Positions 1 to 10,202 are shown, counted from the stretch's first letter. The stretch: 64,000 nt of DNA from Bdellovibrionota bacterium (GCA_963668355.1 OY764265.1:928001-992000); one strand, 5' to 3'. Translations and numbers: made by a program. The notes: generated by a model from the letters alone, not told the origin.

Positions 1-687
1 AATGTTTTAGCTGTAGACACTTCTTCTCGCTCTGGGGCCGTCGGAATTGCCAACGGCGACCAAGTCTTGGCAGAACTGGCACTTAAGTCGCAGGAAAACC
101 ACTCTGCGCGTCTTCTCCCATCCATTGACTGGGCATTAAACCGCCTGCAAATGAAGTTGGAAGATATTGATGTTTTTGGCGTGGTTACGGGTCCGGGCTC
201 TTTTACCGGATTACGAGTCGGGCTCGCCACAATTAAGGGTTTTGCCTGGTCGCTCAAAAAGCCGGTTGTGGGCTTGAGTTCCTTGGAGGTCTTAGCTCGT
301 GGCTTAGAGGTTCCAGGAGCCACCATTGTGCCCATGTTGGATGCTCGAAGAGAAAAAGTGTATTCGGCTGCGTATCAATTCACGTCTTCCGGGTGGACAA
401 CCCTTTTCCCCGAAAAAGACATAGCGCTGTCTAAGCTTTGTACTGACTTAACCGGAAACATCATATGCTTGGGAAATGGCGCTCGACACTACCAAGGAGA
501 AATTCAAAATCACCTCAAAGATCGTGTCCATTTTCCTTCTCATACATTCGACACACCCCGAGGGTCTGTATTGGCTCAACTGACCCATGAGAAAGCCCAA
601 AGAGAAGAGTTTTTAGATGTGAGTTCCGCTGAACCAAATTATTTGAGGCAAAGCGAGGCTGAAGTTAAATTGAAAGAGAGAAATTAA
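1..687 (+). CDS. tsaB: tRNA threonylcarbamoyladenosine biosynthesis protein TsaB (5' end just outside the window)
   Basis: Frame is open from base 1 (NVLAVDTSS...). Motifs HSARLLP, GPGSFTGLRVG, DARR and the C-terminal PNYLR are typical of YeaZ/TsaB. Confidence 0.95.
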   Translation, partial: NVLAVDTSSRSGAVGIANGDQVLAELALKSQENHSARLLPSIDWALNRLQMKLEDIDVFGVVTGPGSFTGLRVGLATIKGFAWSLKKPVVGLSSLEVLARGLEVPGATIVPMLDARREKVYSAAYQFTSSGWTTLFPEKDIALSKLCTDLTGNIICLGNGARHYQGEIQNHLKDRVHFPSHTFDTPRGSVLAQLTHEKAQREEFLDVSSAEPNYLRQSEAEVKLKERN

Positions 688-1389
688 GTGAATCCTGTTC
701 AAAAAATTTTTAAGAATCCAAAAGAGTTTTTTGACTCCATCAAAACCATTTTAATCGCGGTCTTTGTGGCCTTGGTTTTCCGATATTCGGTTGCAGCCCC
801 CTACAAAATTCCTACGGGCTCCATGATTCCGACTCTGAAAATTGGAGACTTTATTTTTGTAAGCAAGCTTTCGTATGGAATCAAGCTTCCGTTCACAAAT
901 TACAACATCATCACGCACGACACGCCGAAACGAGGAGAAGTGATTGTCTTTGTCTATCCCGAAAACAAAGATCTTGATTTCATTAAACGCGTGGTCGGAG
1001 TGGCTGGAGATGAGGTCGAACTTCGAAATGACCTGCTTTTTATCAACGGAAAACTCATGCCTCGGGTCAGGGAAGATGATCGATCCCCTGTGGAAGACGT
1101 GACCCCAGCTTCCGTTCGTGAGGCGGCCCAGCTGTATACCGAAGACTTGGACGGCAAAAAGCATCTGGTCATGGAACTCTTCCCCTTTCCAGAGAATTAC
1201 GGTCCCGTAAAAGTTCCCAAAGGACATTTGTTGGTGATGGGGGATAACCGGGATAACTCAAAAGATGGCCGCGTTTGGGGATTCTTACCCGTTGAAAACG
1301 TACGAGGTCGCGCACTTTTCGTTTGGCTTTCGCTGGATACCGAACGTTGGCGAGTTCGCTGGAATCGCTTCGGGAAAAAAGTCCTGTGA
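688..1389 (+). CDS. lepB: signal peptidase I
   Basis: One TM segment, IPTGSMIPTL (catalytic Ser), FIKRVVG (catalytic Lys), MGDNRDNSKDGR. Confidence 0.96.
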   Translation: MNPVQKIFKNPKEFFDSIKTILIAVFVALVFRYSVAAPYKIPTGSMIPTLKIGDFIFVSKLSYGIKLPFTNYNIITHDTPKRGEVIVFVYPENKDLDFIKRVVGVAGDEVELRNDLLFINGKLMPRVREDDRSPVEDVTPASVREAAQLYTEDLDGKKHLVMELFPFPENYGPVKVPKGHLLVMGDNRDNSKDGRVWGFLPVENVRGRALFVWLSLDTERWRVRWNRFGKKVL

Positions 1390-1479
1390 TTTAGCCTTGT
1401 TGCCTCCTCATTTCGAGCCGGGTGGAATTCCTTTCCTTGCAGATTGCAAAGGTCCAGGAAGTCGTTCACAATAAAGGGA

Positions 1480-1893
1480 ATGGGAAAGGCTGACAAATTC
1501 ATCGATCGAACCATTTTAAACCTCGCGCCTGAGGAGGTCCCTGAGATTGAGCATAATCGAAGAATTCGGGGAGACCGATTGTGGGTTTCTTTTCCTGTAT
1601 TCGCAACGTTCCAGGGGAACTTGATTCAAGGTTATATGGAGGCCTTGAACCTAAGTTGGTCGGGGATGTTGATCGCAACGAACTTTCCTCTTTCTCCTGG
1701 GGATGACCTTGAACTGGAGTTTACCCTACCTGGCTCTGAAATCCCCATTCAGGTTGGGTCTCGGGTCATTCATCGAATTTCTGAAAACACGCCGGAAGAA
1801 GCCACGCAGATCGGTGTCGCTTTTCAAGAAATGGAACTCAATACCCAGAGGATGATTTCTGGATTCGTTTTGCAGTATCTCCCTCACGAGTAG
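1480..1893 (+). CDS. PilZ domain protein
   Basis: Arg-rich RRIRGDR (spacing imperfect), NLSWSG (N/DxSxxG) and a PilZ beta-barrel pattern. Start moved to ATG 1480. Confidence 0.8.
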   Translation: MGKADKFIDRTILNLAPEEVPEIEHNRRIRGDRLWVSFPVFATFQGNLIQGYMEALNLSWSGMLIATNFPLSPGDDLELEFTLPGSEIPIQVGSRVIHRISENTPEEATQIGVAFQEMELNTQRMISGFVLQYLPHE

Positions 1894-1902
1894 GGATGAA
1901 CT

Positions 1903-2751
1903 TCAGAAAACATTGCTTAGAGAACGTCCAAGTCCTTCCAATATAAGTCGAGCTTCCTCTGCAATTTTGATGAATTCGATGGCAAAACCTTTGCCCTCAC
2001 CTCTCCCCGACTCATTGACTCGAACCACTTTTCCAGAAATGGGGGTGGGATCAAATAGCGTCGGAATCCACACCTCCATATCTAACTGATCATCCTTTTG
2101 AGGAAGATCATCGGCCAAGACATATAATCCTCCTCCACTGACATTGTGGGTAAATAGATTCTGGGGTTCTCCGTTGGGTGCCCATACAACCTTCAAACTA
2201 ATCGGTACGCGGGGCCATTTCCGACGATCTTGATCGCTCAACATTTCCGTCAACATTTCTTCGACAACAATGCCCATGGGAAGCATGACTTCTTCCTCTT
2301 CGGAGCTGATTTCAAGTTTTTCCGCCTGTTCCGGATAATAGGTAAAAGCACCTCGCTCCCATTTGAGCACCCAACGCACAATCTGTTTCATCTGTTTGGA
2401 TAGAACTTCAATGATTTGATCGTGCGTGACATAACCCAGGTCCTTGAATATTGCCCCGAGCATTTTCTTTTCCGAACTTAATCTCTGGGTTTCCAAAGCC
2501 AAATCGAGATGCTTTCGCTGAATGACTCCATGAGAGATCAAAAGCTCACCGATCCCCACGCGTCGCATGGATGAAACGGCCTGAACAATCCCCCCTTCGC
2601 GGAATACCAAGAATGCGACACGAGGAAAACTGCGGATGTAAAGAAACCCCGTTTTGCGACCCAACTCCAACATCTGCAAAACACTGGTAAGAGGAAAGTC
2701 TGACAAATCGCCACCGAAACCTCGGGCGGCCTGAGACCATTTTTCACTCAT
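1903..2751 (-). CDS. DUF4388 + PilB/GspE-N-like + PilZ domain protein
   Basis: GDLSDFPLTSVLQML..GRKTG (DUF4388), IGELL...LG (GSPII N-terminal-like), RRKWPR and NVSGGG (PilZ). Confidence 0.85.
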   Translation of the reverse strand: MSEKWSQAARGFGGDLSDFPLTSVLQMLELGRKTGFLYIRSFPRVAFLVFREGGIVQAVSSMRRVGIGELLISHGVIQRKHLDLALETQRLSSEKKMLGAIFKDLGYVTHDQIIEVLSKQMKQIVRWVLKWERGAFTYYPEQAEKLEISSEEEEVMLPMGIVVEEMLTEMLSDQDRRKWPRVPISLKVVWAPNGEPQNLFTHNVSGGGLYVLADDLPQKDDQLDMEVWIPTLFDPTPISGKVVRVNESGRGEGKGFAIEFIKIAEEARLILEGLGRSLSNVF

Positions 2752-2808
2752 GGGATGAGTTTATGCGAGCAAGGCAATTTATCCAACCTATGTCTTCACC
2801 CCAAAAGA

Positions 2809-3558
2809 CTATGGAAAAAGAATCTTCTTAATGGCACGAACCGTAACCTGCCGTCCCATTTCCGCAATGGATTCCGTAAGGGGAATTTCCTTGGGACAAG
2901 CTCGCACACAGTTCTGCGCATTCCCACAATCACTGACTCCACCCGGCTCCATTAATGCATCCAGTCGCTTTTCCTTGTGCATTTTTCCTGTGGGATGGGC
3001 ATTGAATAGTCTTACCTGACTGATGGGTTGGGCACCCAAGAAGTTATTGTTCAGCGTAAACTCAGGACAGACTTCCAAACAACACCCACAGGTCATGCAG
3101 GTGGAAAGCACATAATTCTTTTGTTGGTGCTCCGTAGACTGACGCATCCCGGGCCCCAAATCGTACGTACCATCGATATCCACCCAGGCTTTGACGCGTT
3201 TAAGATTCTCAAACATCCGTGTCCGATCCACCACCAAGTCACGAATCAAAGGAAACTTGGTCATGGGCTCCAAGCGAATGGGTTGCTTGATTTGAGAAAT
3301 TAAAGTCGAACAGGCTTGACGAACCTTTCCGTTGATCACCATGGAACAAGCGCCACACACTTCCTCCAAGCAAACCGCTTGCCACATGACAGGTGTCGTG
3401 GGTTTTCCATCTTTTCGTACCGGATTTTTTTGGATTTCCTGCAACGCCGTAATGACATTCATTCCAGGAGAGTAGGGAACTTCGAATTCTTCCCAAAAAG
3501 GTTTTTGGCTTGGACCCGCTTGGCGTTTCACTTGAACATGAACTTTGTCCGCCATCAC
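2809..3558 (-). CDS. sdhB: succinate dehydrogenase iron-sulfur subunit
   Basis: CLEEVCGAC, CMTCGCCLEVCP and CGNAQNCVRACP clusters (Bacillus-type). Confidence 0.97.
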   Translation of the reverse strand: MMADKVHVQVKRQAGPSQKPFWEEFEVPYSPGMNVITALQEIQKNPVRKDGKPTTPVMWQAVCLEEVCGACSMVINGKVRQACSTLISQIKQPIRLEPMTKFPLIRDLVVDRTRMFENLKRVKAWVDIDGTYDLGPGMRQSTEHQQKNYVLSTCMTCGCCLEVCPEFTLNNNFLGAQPISQVRLFNAHPTGKMHKEKRLDALMEPGGVSDCGNAQNCVRACPKEIPLTESIAEMGRQVTVRAIKKILFP

Positions 3559-5357
3559 TTTTCCTCCTTCACCGCAGTTTTTCCGGTGTCATAGGATCGT
3601 TTCCGCGGTTCGATGAGGGAGACATCCACTTCATCGTAGGTAAACTCCGGCCCCTTGGGTGTCCATTTGGCTCTCGTGGTCTTGAGCCACTCTTGATCGT
3701 TTCGCTCTGGGAACTCCGGTTTGTAATGAGCTCCACGACTTTCATTTCTCGCCAACGCCCCCAAAGTCATCGTTTGAGCCAAATCAAACATGAGTTCGAC
3801 TTGTCGAGCAAAAATCACTTCTTGGTTCACCCAACGAGACTTGTCGGAAATCCCAATGTTCTTAAATCGCTCTTTGAGTTCTAGGATTTTCTCGTTCGTC
3901 TCTTCCAATTTCTTGTTCTCTCGTACAACGGTCACATAGTCCGTCATCATATCACCCAGTTCAGAGTGAATTCGATACGCGTTCTCCTTGCCATCTTTAT
4001 CGTAGAAGTGATCCAAATGATCTTGCTGTTTCTTTCTTTCTTGATCGAAAAGATTTGCCGAAACCGATTCAGAGCCCTCATCCAAAGACTTGGCATACTC
4101 GTTCATATAAGGTCCACTCATTCTTCCACTGTAGATGCATGAAAGAAGGGAGTTTGCACCAAGGCGATTTCCTCCATGGAATTGATAGTCGGCCTCTCCC
4201 GCAGCAAAGAGACCCGGAATATTGGTCATTTGTTTGAAATCAACCCACATTCCTCCCATGGAATAATGAACCCCTGGGAAAATTCTCATGGGGACATACC
4301 GAGGATCATCGCCCACAAACTTTTCGTAGATATGAAGAACTCCCCCGAGTTTTTGGGTCAACACATCTGCTGGAATATGGGTGATATCTAGATAGACTTG
4401 CCGTTTCTCTTCGATCCCCTTTTTCAATTCAACACAAACTTTGAAAATAGCCCGAGCCGCGATATCTCGAGGAACCAGGTTTCCGTAAGCCGGATACCAG
4501 TCTTCGAGAAAAAACCATCGATCCGCCTCGGGAATATCCTGAGGGGATCTCTTGTCAAAGGGATCCTTTGGCGTCCAAACCCGTCCCCCCTCTCCACGAA
4601 TGGATTCCGACATTAAGCGAAGTTTATCGGGACCGGGAACCGTGGTGGGATGAACCTGAACAAACTCCCCGTTGGCGTAGTCAACACCAGCCCGAAAAGC
4701 GCCCGCAGCAGCCGCTCCCGTGTTAATCAGCGAATTGGTTGTCCGACCAAAGACCAAGCCGGGGCCACCCGTGGCCAGCATAACCGCCTCCCCTTTAAAG
4801 GGGAGGATCTTCATTTCATTCTGATTCAATGCCGTAATTCCTCGGCAAATTCCTTTTGGATCCAGGACAGGAGAAACAAATTCCCATCCAATGAATTTTT
4901 CGACCAGACCTTGGTCCTCAAATCGGCGCACTTGCTCATCCAGAGCATAAATGAGCTGTTGCCCAGTGGTCGCTCCCGCAAATGCCGTGCGATTGTGTTG
5001 GGTTCCCCCAAACCGTCGAAAATCGATTAAGCCTTCAGAGGTTCGATTGAATGGAACGCCCATTCGATCCAAAAGATAAATGATGCCCGGAGCTTGATCG
5101 CACATATCTTTCACCGGAGGTTGGTTAGCTAAAAAATCTCCTCCGTAGATGGTGTCGTCAAAATGTTCCCAAGGGGAATCACCCTCTCCTTTGGTGTTCA
5201 CAGCTCCATTGATCCCCCCTTGTGCACACACGCTATGGGACCTTCTCACCGGAACATAGGAAAACAGTTGAACCTTATTTCCCAGCTCACACAGACGAAT
5301 GGTCGTCATGAGACCTGCAAGACCTCCACCCACGACAATGAACGTTGGTTGCGTCAT
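3555..5357 (-). CDS. sdhA: succinate dehydrogenase flavoprotein subunit
   Basis: GGGLAG, RSHSVCAQGGIN (FAD His), HYSMGG, GGNRLGANSL, ESRGAH. Confidence 0.97.
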   Translation of the reverse strand: MTQPTFIVVGGGLAGLMTTIRLCELGNKVQLFSYVPVRRSHSVCAQGGINGAVNTKGEGDSPWEHFDDTIYGGDFLANQPPVKDMCDQAPGIIYLLDRMGVPFNRTSEGLIDFRRFGGTQHNRTAFAGATTGQQLIYALDEQVRRFEDQGLVEKFIGWEFVSPVLDPKGICRGITALNQNEMKILPFKGEAVMLATGGPGLVFGRTTNSLINTGAAAAGAFRAGVDYANGEFVQVHPTTVPGPDKLRLMSESIRGEGGRVWTPKDPFDKRSPQDIPEADRWFFLEDWYPAYGNLVPRDIAARAIFKVCVELKKGIEEKRQVYLDITHIPADVLTQKLGGVLHIYEKFVGDDPRYVPMRIFPGVHYSMGGMWVDFKQMTNIPGLFAAGEADYQFHGGNRLGANSLLSCIYSGRMSGPYMNEYAKSLDEGSESVSANLFDQERKKQQDHLDHFYDKDGKENAYRIHSELGDMMTDYVTVVRENKKLEETNEKILELKERFKNIGISDKSRWVNQEVIFARQVELMFDLAQTMTLGALARNESRGAHYKPEFPERNDQEWLKTTRAKWTPKGPEFTYDEVDVSLIEPRKRSYDTGKTAVKEEK

Positions 5358-5358
5358 T

Positions 5359-5994
5359 TTACATACCCCCTGCTGCAGTCAGAAATCCACGAAATGCATC
5401 GAAGGCCATGTACAGCAAGACCAGTCCGAAACCATAACAAACGAAGAGAGAAATTTTCTGAGCTTTGGCCGAAACCGTAATTCCCCAGACAATCAAGAAC
5501 GTCCAGAGCCCATTGGCCAAATGGAAAATGGCCGCCAAGGTCCCCGCAATTTGAAACGCCACAACCCAAGGGTTGGTAAACTGTGCGGCCATATAATCGA
5601 AGAAATTCAACTTAATGGAGGGATCCAACACGGCCTGATAACGGGTCTCATAGACATGCCAAACGATGTAAACCAAAAGAAAAATTCCCGAAACTCTTTG
5701 AAAAAAATGCGTCCAATTTCGAAAGTAGCTGTATTGGGTGGGATTGGGACGAAAAGCCACGGCCAAATAAACACCGATCAACGCATGAAACAGAATCGGA
5801 ATACCGATCAAAAATATTTCCAAGTACAACACATAAGGCAGCCCCAGAAGGAATTCCACGGCTTCGTTATAAGCCACACGCCCCTCTGCCGCCCTGGAGT
5901 TCGTCAGCATATGTTCAAAAAGAAAGACGCCAATGGGGATGACCCCGGTCAGCGAGTGAAGTCTGCGTAGCCAAAAGGCTCTTAGGTTGATCAT
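5359..5994 (-). CDS. sdhC: succinate dehydrogenase cytochrome b558 subunit (single 5-TM anchor)
   Basis: RRLHSLTG..P, conserved heme His residues, HLANGLW; first gene of sdhCAB. Confidence 0.95.
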   Translation of the reverse strand: MINLRAFWLRRLHSLTGVIPIGVFLFEHMLTNSRAAEGRVAYNEAVEFLLGLPYVLYLEIFLIGIPILFHALIGVYLAVAFRPNPTQYSYFRNWTHFFQRVSGIFLLVYIVWHVYETRYQAVLDPSIKLNFFDYMAAQFTNPWVVAFQIAGTLAAIFHLANGLWTFLIVWGITVSAKAQKISLFVCYGFGLVLLYMAFDAFRGFLTAAGGM

Positions 5995-6068
5995 CGCCGC
6001 ATGGTTTTAACGTAGCCCCCAAAGGTTGGCAATTCAAAAATCCCAATAATTCTAGTAGTATGCGCGCA

Positions 6069-7115
6069 ATGGCCCCAATTCCTGCGCGTCGCATTGCCGC
6101 CGTCCGAAAGGCACTTCTCGCTTGGTATTACAAGCATCGCCGTTCTCTGCCTTGGCGAAACACACGGGACCCCTATCGAATTTGGATTTCTGAAATCATG
6201 GCTCAGCAAACCCGGATTGAAACCGTCGTCCCCTATTACGAGCGATTCATTCGTCGTTTTCCGCGTATCCACGACCTGGCGCAAGCGCAAGAAGAAGATG
6301 TCCTCAAACTCTGGGAAGGGTTGGGTTATTACTCACGGGCACGAAACCTCCACTCGGCCGCCAAAGAGGTTTGTGAATCCTATGGAGGAAAGCTCCCCCC
6401 AACGGCTCAGGAATTAAAACAATTGAAAGGCTTTGGACCCTATACTTCAGCTTCCGTGGCTTCCATTGCCTTTGGCGAGGCCATCGCATGCGTGGATGGA
6501 AATGTGCGACGCGTGTTGTCGAGATGCTTCGAAACCCATGAACCCGTGGAACCCTATGCCGCGCAACTCATCGACGCAAAAGATCCTTCAGGGTTCAATC
6601 AGGGGCTGATGGAATTAGGAGCCCGCGTTTGCCTCCCCCGCAAGCCCAAATGCGAACTTTGCCCCCTTCAAAAGGTGTGTCAAGCCCATCACAACGACTC
6701 GGTATCTCACTTCCCCTCCAAAAAGGAAAAGACCAAAGTCAAACAACGCTCGCTCGGCGTTTTCATTCTTCGACAAAAAACCCGCGTTCTCTTTCTGAAA
6801 CGATCTTCAACAGGGCTTTGGGGTGGAATGTGGGAGCTCCCTTCCTTTGACCTGGCCCCTAAAAGCACAAAAAATGATCATCTTCAAAGCCTTCGGGAGA
6901 GATTTGGAGTCGACTGTGGCCCCTTAAGCCAGCAAGGGAGTTTCAAACATATTCTGAGCCATCAAAAAATCGATGTAACGGTCTTCGAGGCCAACATCAC
7001 TCAAACCAAAGACGTCAAAAAACTGAATTGGCTCACTCCCCGAGAGGTCCGTGAGCGGCCCCTTTCTCGCCTTCAACAAAAGGCCTGGGAAATGCGAACC
7101 AATCAAACTCCTTGA
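6069..7115 (+). CDS. mutY: A/G-specific adenine glycosylase
   Basis: RSLPWR, WISEIMAQQT, GLGYYSRARNL, VDGNVRRV, Fe-S motif C-x6-C-x2-C-x5-C. Start is 6060 or 6069. Confidence 0.96.
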   Translation: MAPIPARRIAAVRKALLAWYYKHRRSLPWRNTRDPYRIWISEIMAQQTRIETVVPYYERFIRRFPRIHDLAQAQEEDVLKLWEGLGYYSRARNLHSAAKEVCESYGGKLPPTAQELKQLKGFGPYTSASVASIAFGEAIACVDGNVRRVLSRCFETHEPVEPYAAQLIDAKDPSGFNQGLMELGARVCLPRKPKCELCPLQKVCQAHHNDSVSHFPSKKEKTKVKQRSLGVFILRQKTRVLFLKRSSTGLWGGMWELPSFDLAPKSTKNDHLQSLRERFGVDCGPLSQQGSFKHILSHQKIDVTVFEANITQTKDVKKLNWLTPREVRERPLSRLQQKAWEMRTNQTP

Positions 7116-7146
7116 AAGGAAGTCCTGAATAACTGAAGAGTTTGGG

Positions 7147-7314
7147 CGTCTCGGAAGTGTTTTGTTTTCGGGAGGAGAAATTAAGCGGAGCCTCCAGAGC
7201 ATCTTAAATGCGTGGATTTGCAAAATTTACAGAAACTTCTTTGATTGGCACGGCAGACGCGCGAGCCATTCGACGGAGAAAACAAAACACTTCCGAGACG
7301 GGCATGTTTGCTTC
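7147..7314. repeat. long-hairpin repeat element, copy 1 (REP/MITE-like or structured ncRNA)
   Basis: Perfect 23-bp inverted repeat 7147-7169/7278-7300. Bases 7148-7299 match 12297-12448 at 143/152 by manual alignment. Confidence 0.9.
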
Positions 7315-7476
7315 GATTCTCTAGACACTTAGAAAGTGGATAAAAGGTGGAGAGAAGCTATGCAGGATTCGAATGAAACAGAGCTCAAAGCTTTAGATAG
7401 AAGCATGGGTACATCAGCTGCATACAAGGGAGTGAACGGATCGGGTAGAACCTTAAGGTTTTGTCCATGACAATGA

Positions 7477-7563
7477 TGGTGCCTGGGACTGGATTCGAAC
7501 CAGCACAGTATTGCTACCGCCAGCCCCTCAAGCTGGTGTGTCTACCAATTCCACCACCCAGGC
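7477..7563 (-). tRNA. tRNA-Leu(GAG)
   Basis: Reverse complement reads GCCTGGGTGGTGGAATTGGTAGACAC...CCAGC-TT-GAG-GG-GCTGG, long variable arm, GGTTCGAATCC, encoded CCA. Confidence 0.97.
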
Positions 7564-7681
7564 ACAAAAAGGAAAAACCCCTATAGTCAGCCTTGAGGAA
7601 TCGGTCAACCATAATTCGCGGGGTTCTCTTGCCTGTCTTCTGGCTAACAGCTATATTTAATTGGGTTTTTTGGGAGTTTCT

Positions 7682-8050
7682 ATGAAGGATACAAAACATC
7701 GACACGCTCGGCGCACGAATCTCCGTGTGGCCGTAAAAGTTGAACATAAAAGCCGCCTCCAAGAGTTTTATTCTCGTAACTTGAGTAGCGGGGGCATTTT
7801 CTTGGAAGTGGAGAAAAAACTCCCTGCCATCGGATCCAAGCTCAAATTAAAATTTGAGGTTCCAGGCTTAAGGAAAGCCATCATGGCGGAAGCCGAGGTT
7901 CTCCATCACCACTCCTACGAAACCATGAATGAAAAAATGGAAGCCTTCACACGAAAAGGCATGGGGCTTCGCTTCCTAAACTTGAGCGAACAAGACGAAG
8001 CTCTGATCAACGAGTACATCACAGGCAAGGAACTTCATGTCAGCTCCTAA
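7682..8050 (+). CDS. PilZ domain protein
   Basis: RHARR (RxxxR), NLSSGG, GMGLRF; SD GGGAG before ATG 7682. Confidence 0.88.
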   Translation: MKDTKHRHARRTNLRVAVKVEHKSRLQEFYSRNLSSGGIFLEVEKKLPAIGSKLKLKFEVPGLRKAIMAEAEVLHHHSYETMNEKMEAFTRKGMGLRFLNLSEQDEALINEYITGKELHVSS

Positions 8051-9563
8051 CACTCCAGAAACTGCCGCTCCGGTAAAGAAAGCTCCGAGCTTTGTGGATG
8101 ACGCGAAAAAGCTCATTGCCGCCAAGTACTCCATTGTTTACGTGACGACCTTCGAAGATGCCCGCTGCGAACAAACGCTTCAAAACCTCGCCAAATCGGG
8201 ATTTCAAAATCCTTTGAAATTTTTTTCGTGGAGCATCACGGAAGGACTTAAATCCGGCACCGAGAAAATCCCCGGAACGGAAGACCCCATCAAGGCCTTG
8301 GATCATGTGATTCAACTCAAAGATCCAGCTGTATATACGTTCAAGGATCTCAACCAAGAGTTTGAAAATTTTCCAACCTTGGTACGCAAGCTCAGAGACA
8401 CCTATCAAGCCATCAAAAACCAAGTCAAAACCCTTTTCATTTTGGCTCCTCTGGTTGAAATTCCCGATGAAATTTCAAAAGAGGTCGCCGTCATCGAGTT
8501 TGGTCTCCCGAGTTCTGCTGAACTTGAAAAACTCTTTGATGCCACAACCAAATCGTTCAAAAATTTAAAAGTAGATTTGACTCCAGATGACCGGACCGAC
8601 TTCATCAAATCCGGATCCGGTCTCACATGGGATGAAGCGCGAAGCGCCTATGTCCACGCTTGCATGGGAAGGTCGACCTTAACGGCCGATGCGGTAAATG
8701 TGGTCATCGAAGAAAAAAGTAAAATCGTTCGAAAAGACGGCATTTTAGATTACGTGCCTGTCGATTTCTCCATGCAAGAAATCGGAGGGTTGGAAAATTT
8801 AAAAGACTGGTTGGAACGACGTTCTCGTTTCTTTTCCAAGGAGGCCCAAAATTTTGGCTTGAGTGCACCCAAAGGCGTGCTTCTCACCGGAATCTCCGGA
8901 TGTGGAAAGTCTAGCTGCGTGAAGGCCATCAGCCAATATTGGCGCTTACCTCTCATGCGTCTAGATATGACCAAGGTTTACGGCGGAGTCTTGGGAAGCG
9001 CAGAGGAGACCTTCGCAAGGGCTTTAAAAACCGTGGAGGCCGTCGCTCCCGTAATTCTGTGGATTGAGGAAATCGAGAAAGGTGTGGCGGGATTCAGTCA
9101 AGGAGACGGAGGCGTCACGGCCCGAATTTTTTCATCCTTCTTGACGTGGATGCAGGAAAAGACCTCCAACGTTTTTATAGCAGCTACAGCCAATGAGATT
9201 GACCAACTCCCCCCCGAACTTCTTCGAAAAGGCCGATTCGATGAAATTTTCTTTGTGGACCTCCCCACAGAGAAAGAGCGCGTGGACATTTTTCAGGTTC
9301 ATATCCTCAAGCGAAAGCACAAGCCGGAGAAATTCAACCTCATCAATCTATCAAAGGCGACCAATGGTTTCAGTGGAGCTGAAATTGAACAGGTGGTTGC
9401 GGCCGGAATGTTTGAAGCTTTCAATGAAAAAAGGCAGTTCAACGACCAGGATCTCTACCGAGAAATTTCAAAGACAGTTCCTCTTTCCACGACCATGGCG
9501 GAGCGTATCAAAGAGATCAAGCGCTGGGCCGACACACGAGCCGTCCGCGCCACAAAGCACTAA
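8037..9563 (+). CDS. Ycf46/SpoVK-family AAA+ ATPase
   Basis: Degenerate N-terminal AAA-like region, IGGLENLKDWL, Walker A GISGCGKS, Walker B LWIEEIEK, LPPELLRKGRFDEIFFVDLP. Confidence 0.92.
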   Translation: MSAPNTPETAAPVKKAPSFVDDAKKLIAAKYSIVYVTTFEDARCEQTLQNLAKSGFQNPLKFFSWSITEGLKSGTEKIPGTEDPIKALDHVIQLKDPAVYTFKDLNQEFENFPTLVRKLRDTYQAIKNQVKTLFILAPLVEIPDEISKEVAVIEFGLPSSAELEKLFDATTKSFKNLKVDLTPDDRTDFIKSGSGLTWDEARSAYVHACMGRSTLTADAVNVVIEEKSKIVRKDGILDYVPVDFSMQEIGGLENLKDWLERRSRFFSKEAQNFGLSAPKGVLLTGISGCGKSSCVKAISQYWRLPLMRLDMTKVYGGVLGSAEETFARALKTVEAVAPVILWIEEIEKGVAGFSQGDGGVTARIFSSFLTWMQEKTSNVFIAATANEIDQLPPELLRKGRFDEIFFVDLPTEKERVDIFQVHILKRKHKPEKFNLINLSKATNGFSGAEIEQVVAAGMFEAFNEKRQFNDQDLYREISKTVPLSTTMAERIKEIKRWADTRAVRATKH

Positions 9564-9596
9564 AAAAACGGCCTTAAGGAAACCTCAAGGCCGTTT
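9562..9596 (-). terminator. intrinsic terminator between convergent genes
   Basis: AAACGGCCTT...AAGGCCGTTT stem with an A7 run on the left (U-tract on the minus strand). Confidence 0.8.
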
Positions 9597-9617
9597 GATA
9601 AAATTTGCAGAATAAAT

Positions 9618-10202
9618 TTACGAACGATCCAGTGCTTCGTATTGGTTCATGATGTCTTCCACGAAAGGAGACATCTGAGCACATTCACTTTCAACTTCAT
9701 CTTCAACGGAGTGAACCATAACTGGAAAACACTCTCGCTCGGTTTCTTTTCTCCAATTCCATGCCTGAATCTCAAAATCTTCTGGCATTTCAATCGAATC
9801 ATCTCCGCAAACGCTCTCATGGAAAGCGTTTAGAAGATGAATATTCTCCGATTTTGCGGCCTCCAAGTGCTCGGGGAATTCATCCAAACTCGGCAACAAA
9901 CCCAAAGCACTCATTTCATCCAATGTATTCAAGTTTTTTAAAACGGAATTGACAACTAGGCATTGTTCCTCTGAAAACCGAGGAGCCGCAAAATTCACAT
10001 CCGCTTTGGCCAAAATGGGACGGCTCTGGCAATAAAAGATATCGATTGAACTGACAAAACGTAGCGCCTTGGCAAAACGATCTCCTTGAGCCTGGCCATC
10101 CCGAGCTCCCAAACAATCGGCCTGAGCCGAGCCAGAAACTCCGACCACACTCAAGGCCAAACAGGCGCAAACAAACACACTCCACATAGTATTTTTATTC
10201 AT
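9618..10202 (-). CDS. hypothetical secreted, Cys-containing acidic protein
   Basis: Signal peptide MNKNTMWSVFVCACLAL...AQA, G-rich SD-like run and its own terminator; no recognised domain. Confidence 0.75.
   Translation of the reverse strand: MNKNTMWSVFVCACLALSVVGVSGSAQADCLGARDGQAQGDRFAKALRFVSSIDIFYCQSRPILAKADVNFAAPRFSEEQCLVVNSVLKNLNTLDEMSALGLLPSLDEFPEHLEAAKSENIHLLNAFHESVCGDDSIEMPEDFEIQAWNWRKETERECFPVMVHSVEDEVESECAQMSPFVEDIMNQYEALDRS

Noticed and set aside
7360..7470. 36-codon ORF with a GGAG upstream
   Set aside because: No recognisable motif; it runs head-on into the tRNA 3' end and is likely chance.
7115..7563. tRNA-Leu as integration site of a genomic island
   Set aside because: No integrase and no duplicated tRNA 3' end seen; flanking genes are housekeeping.
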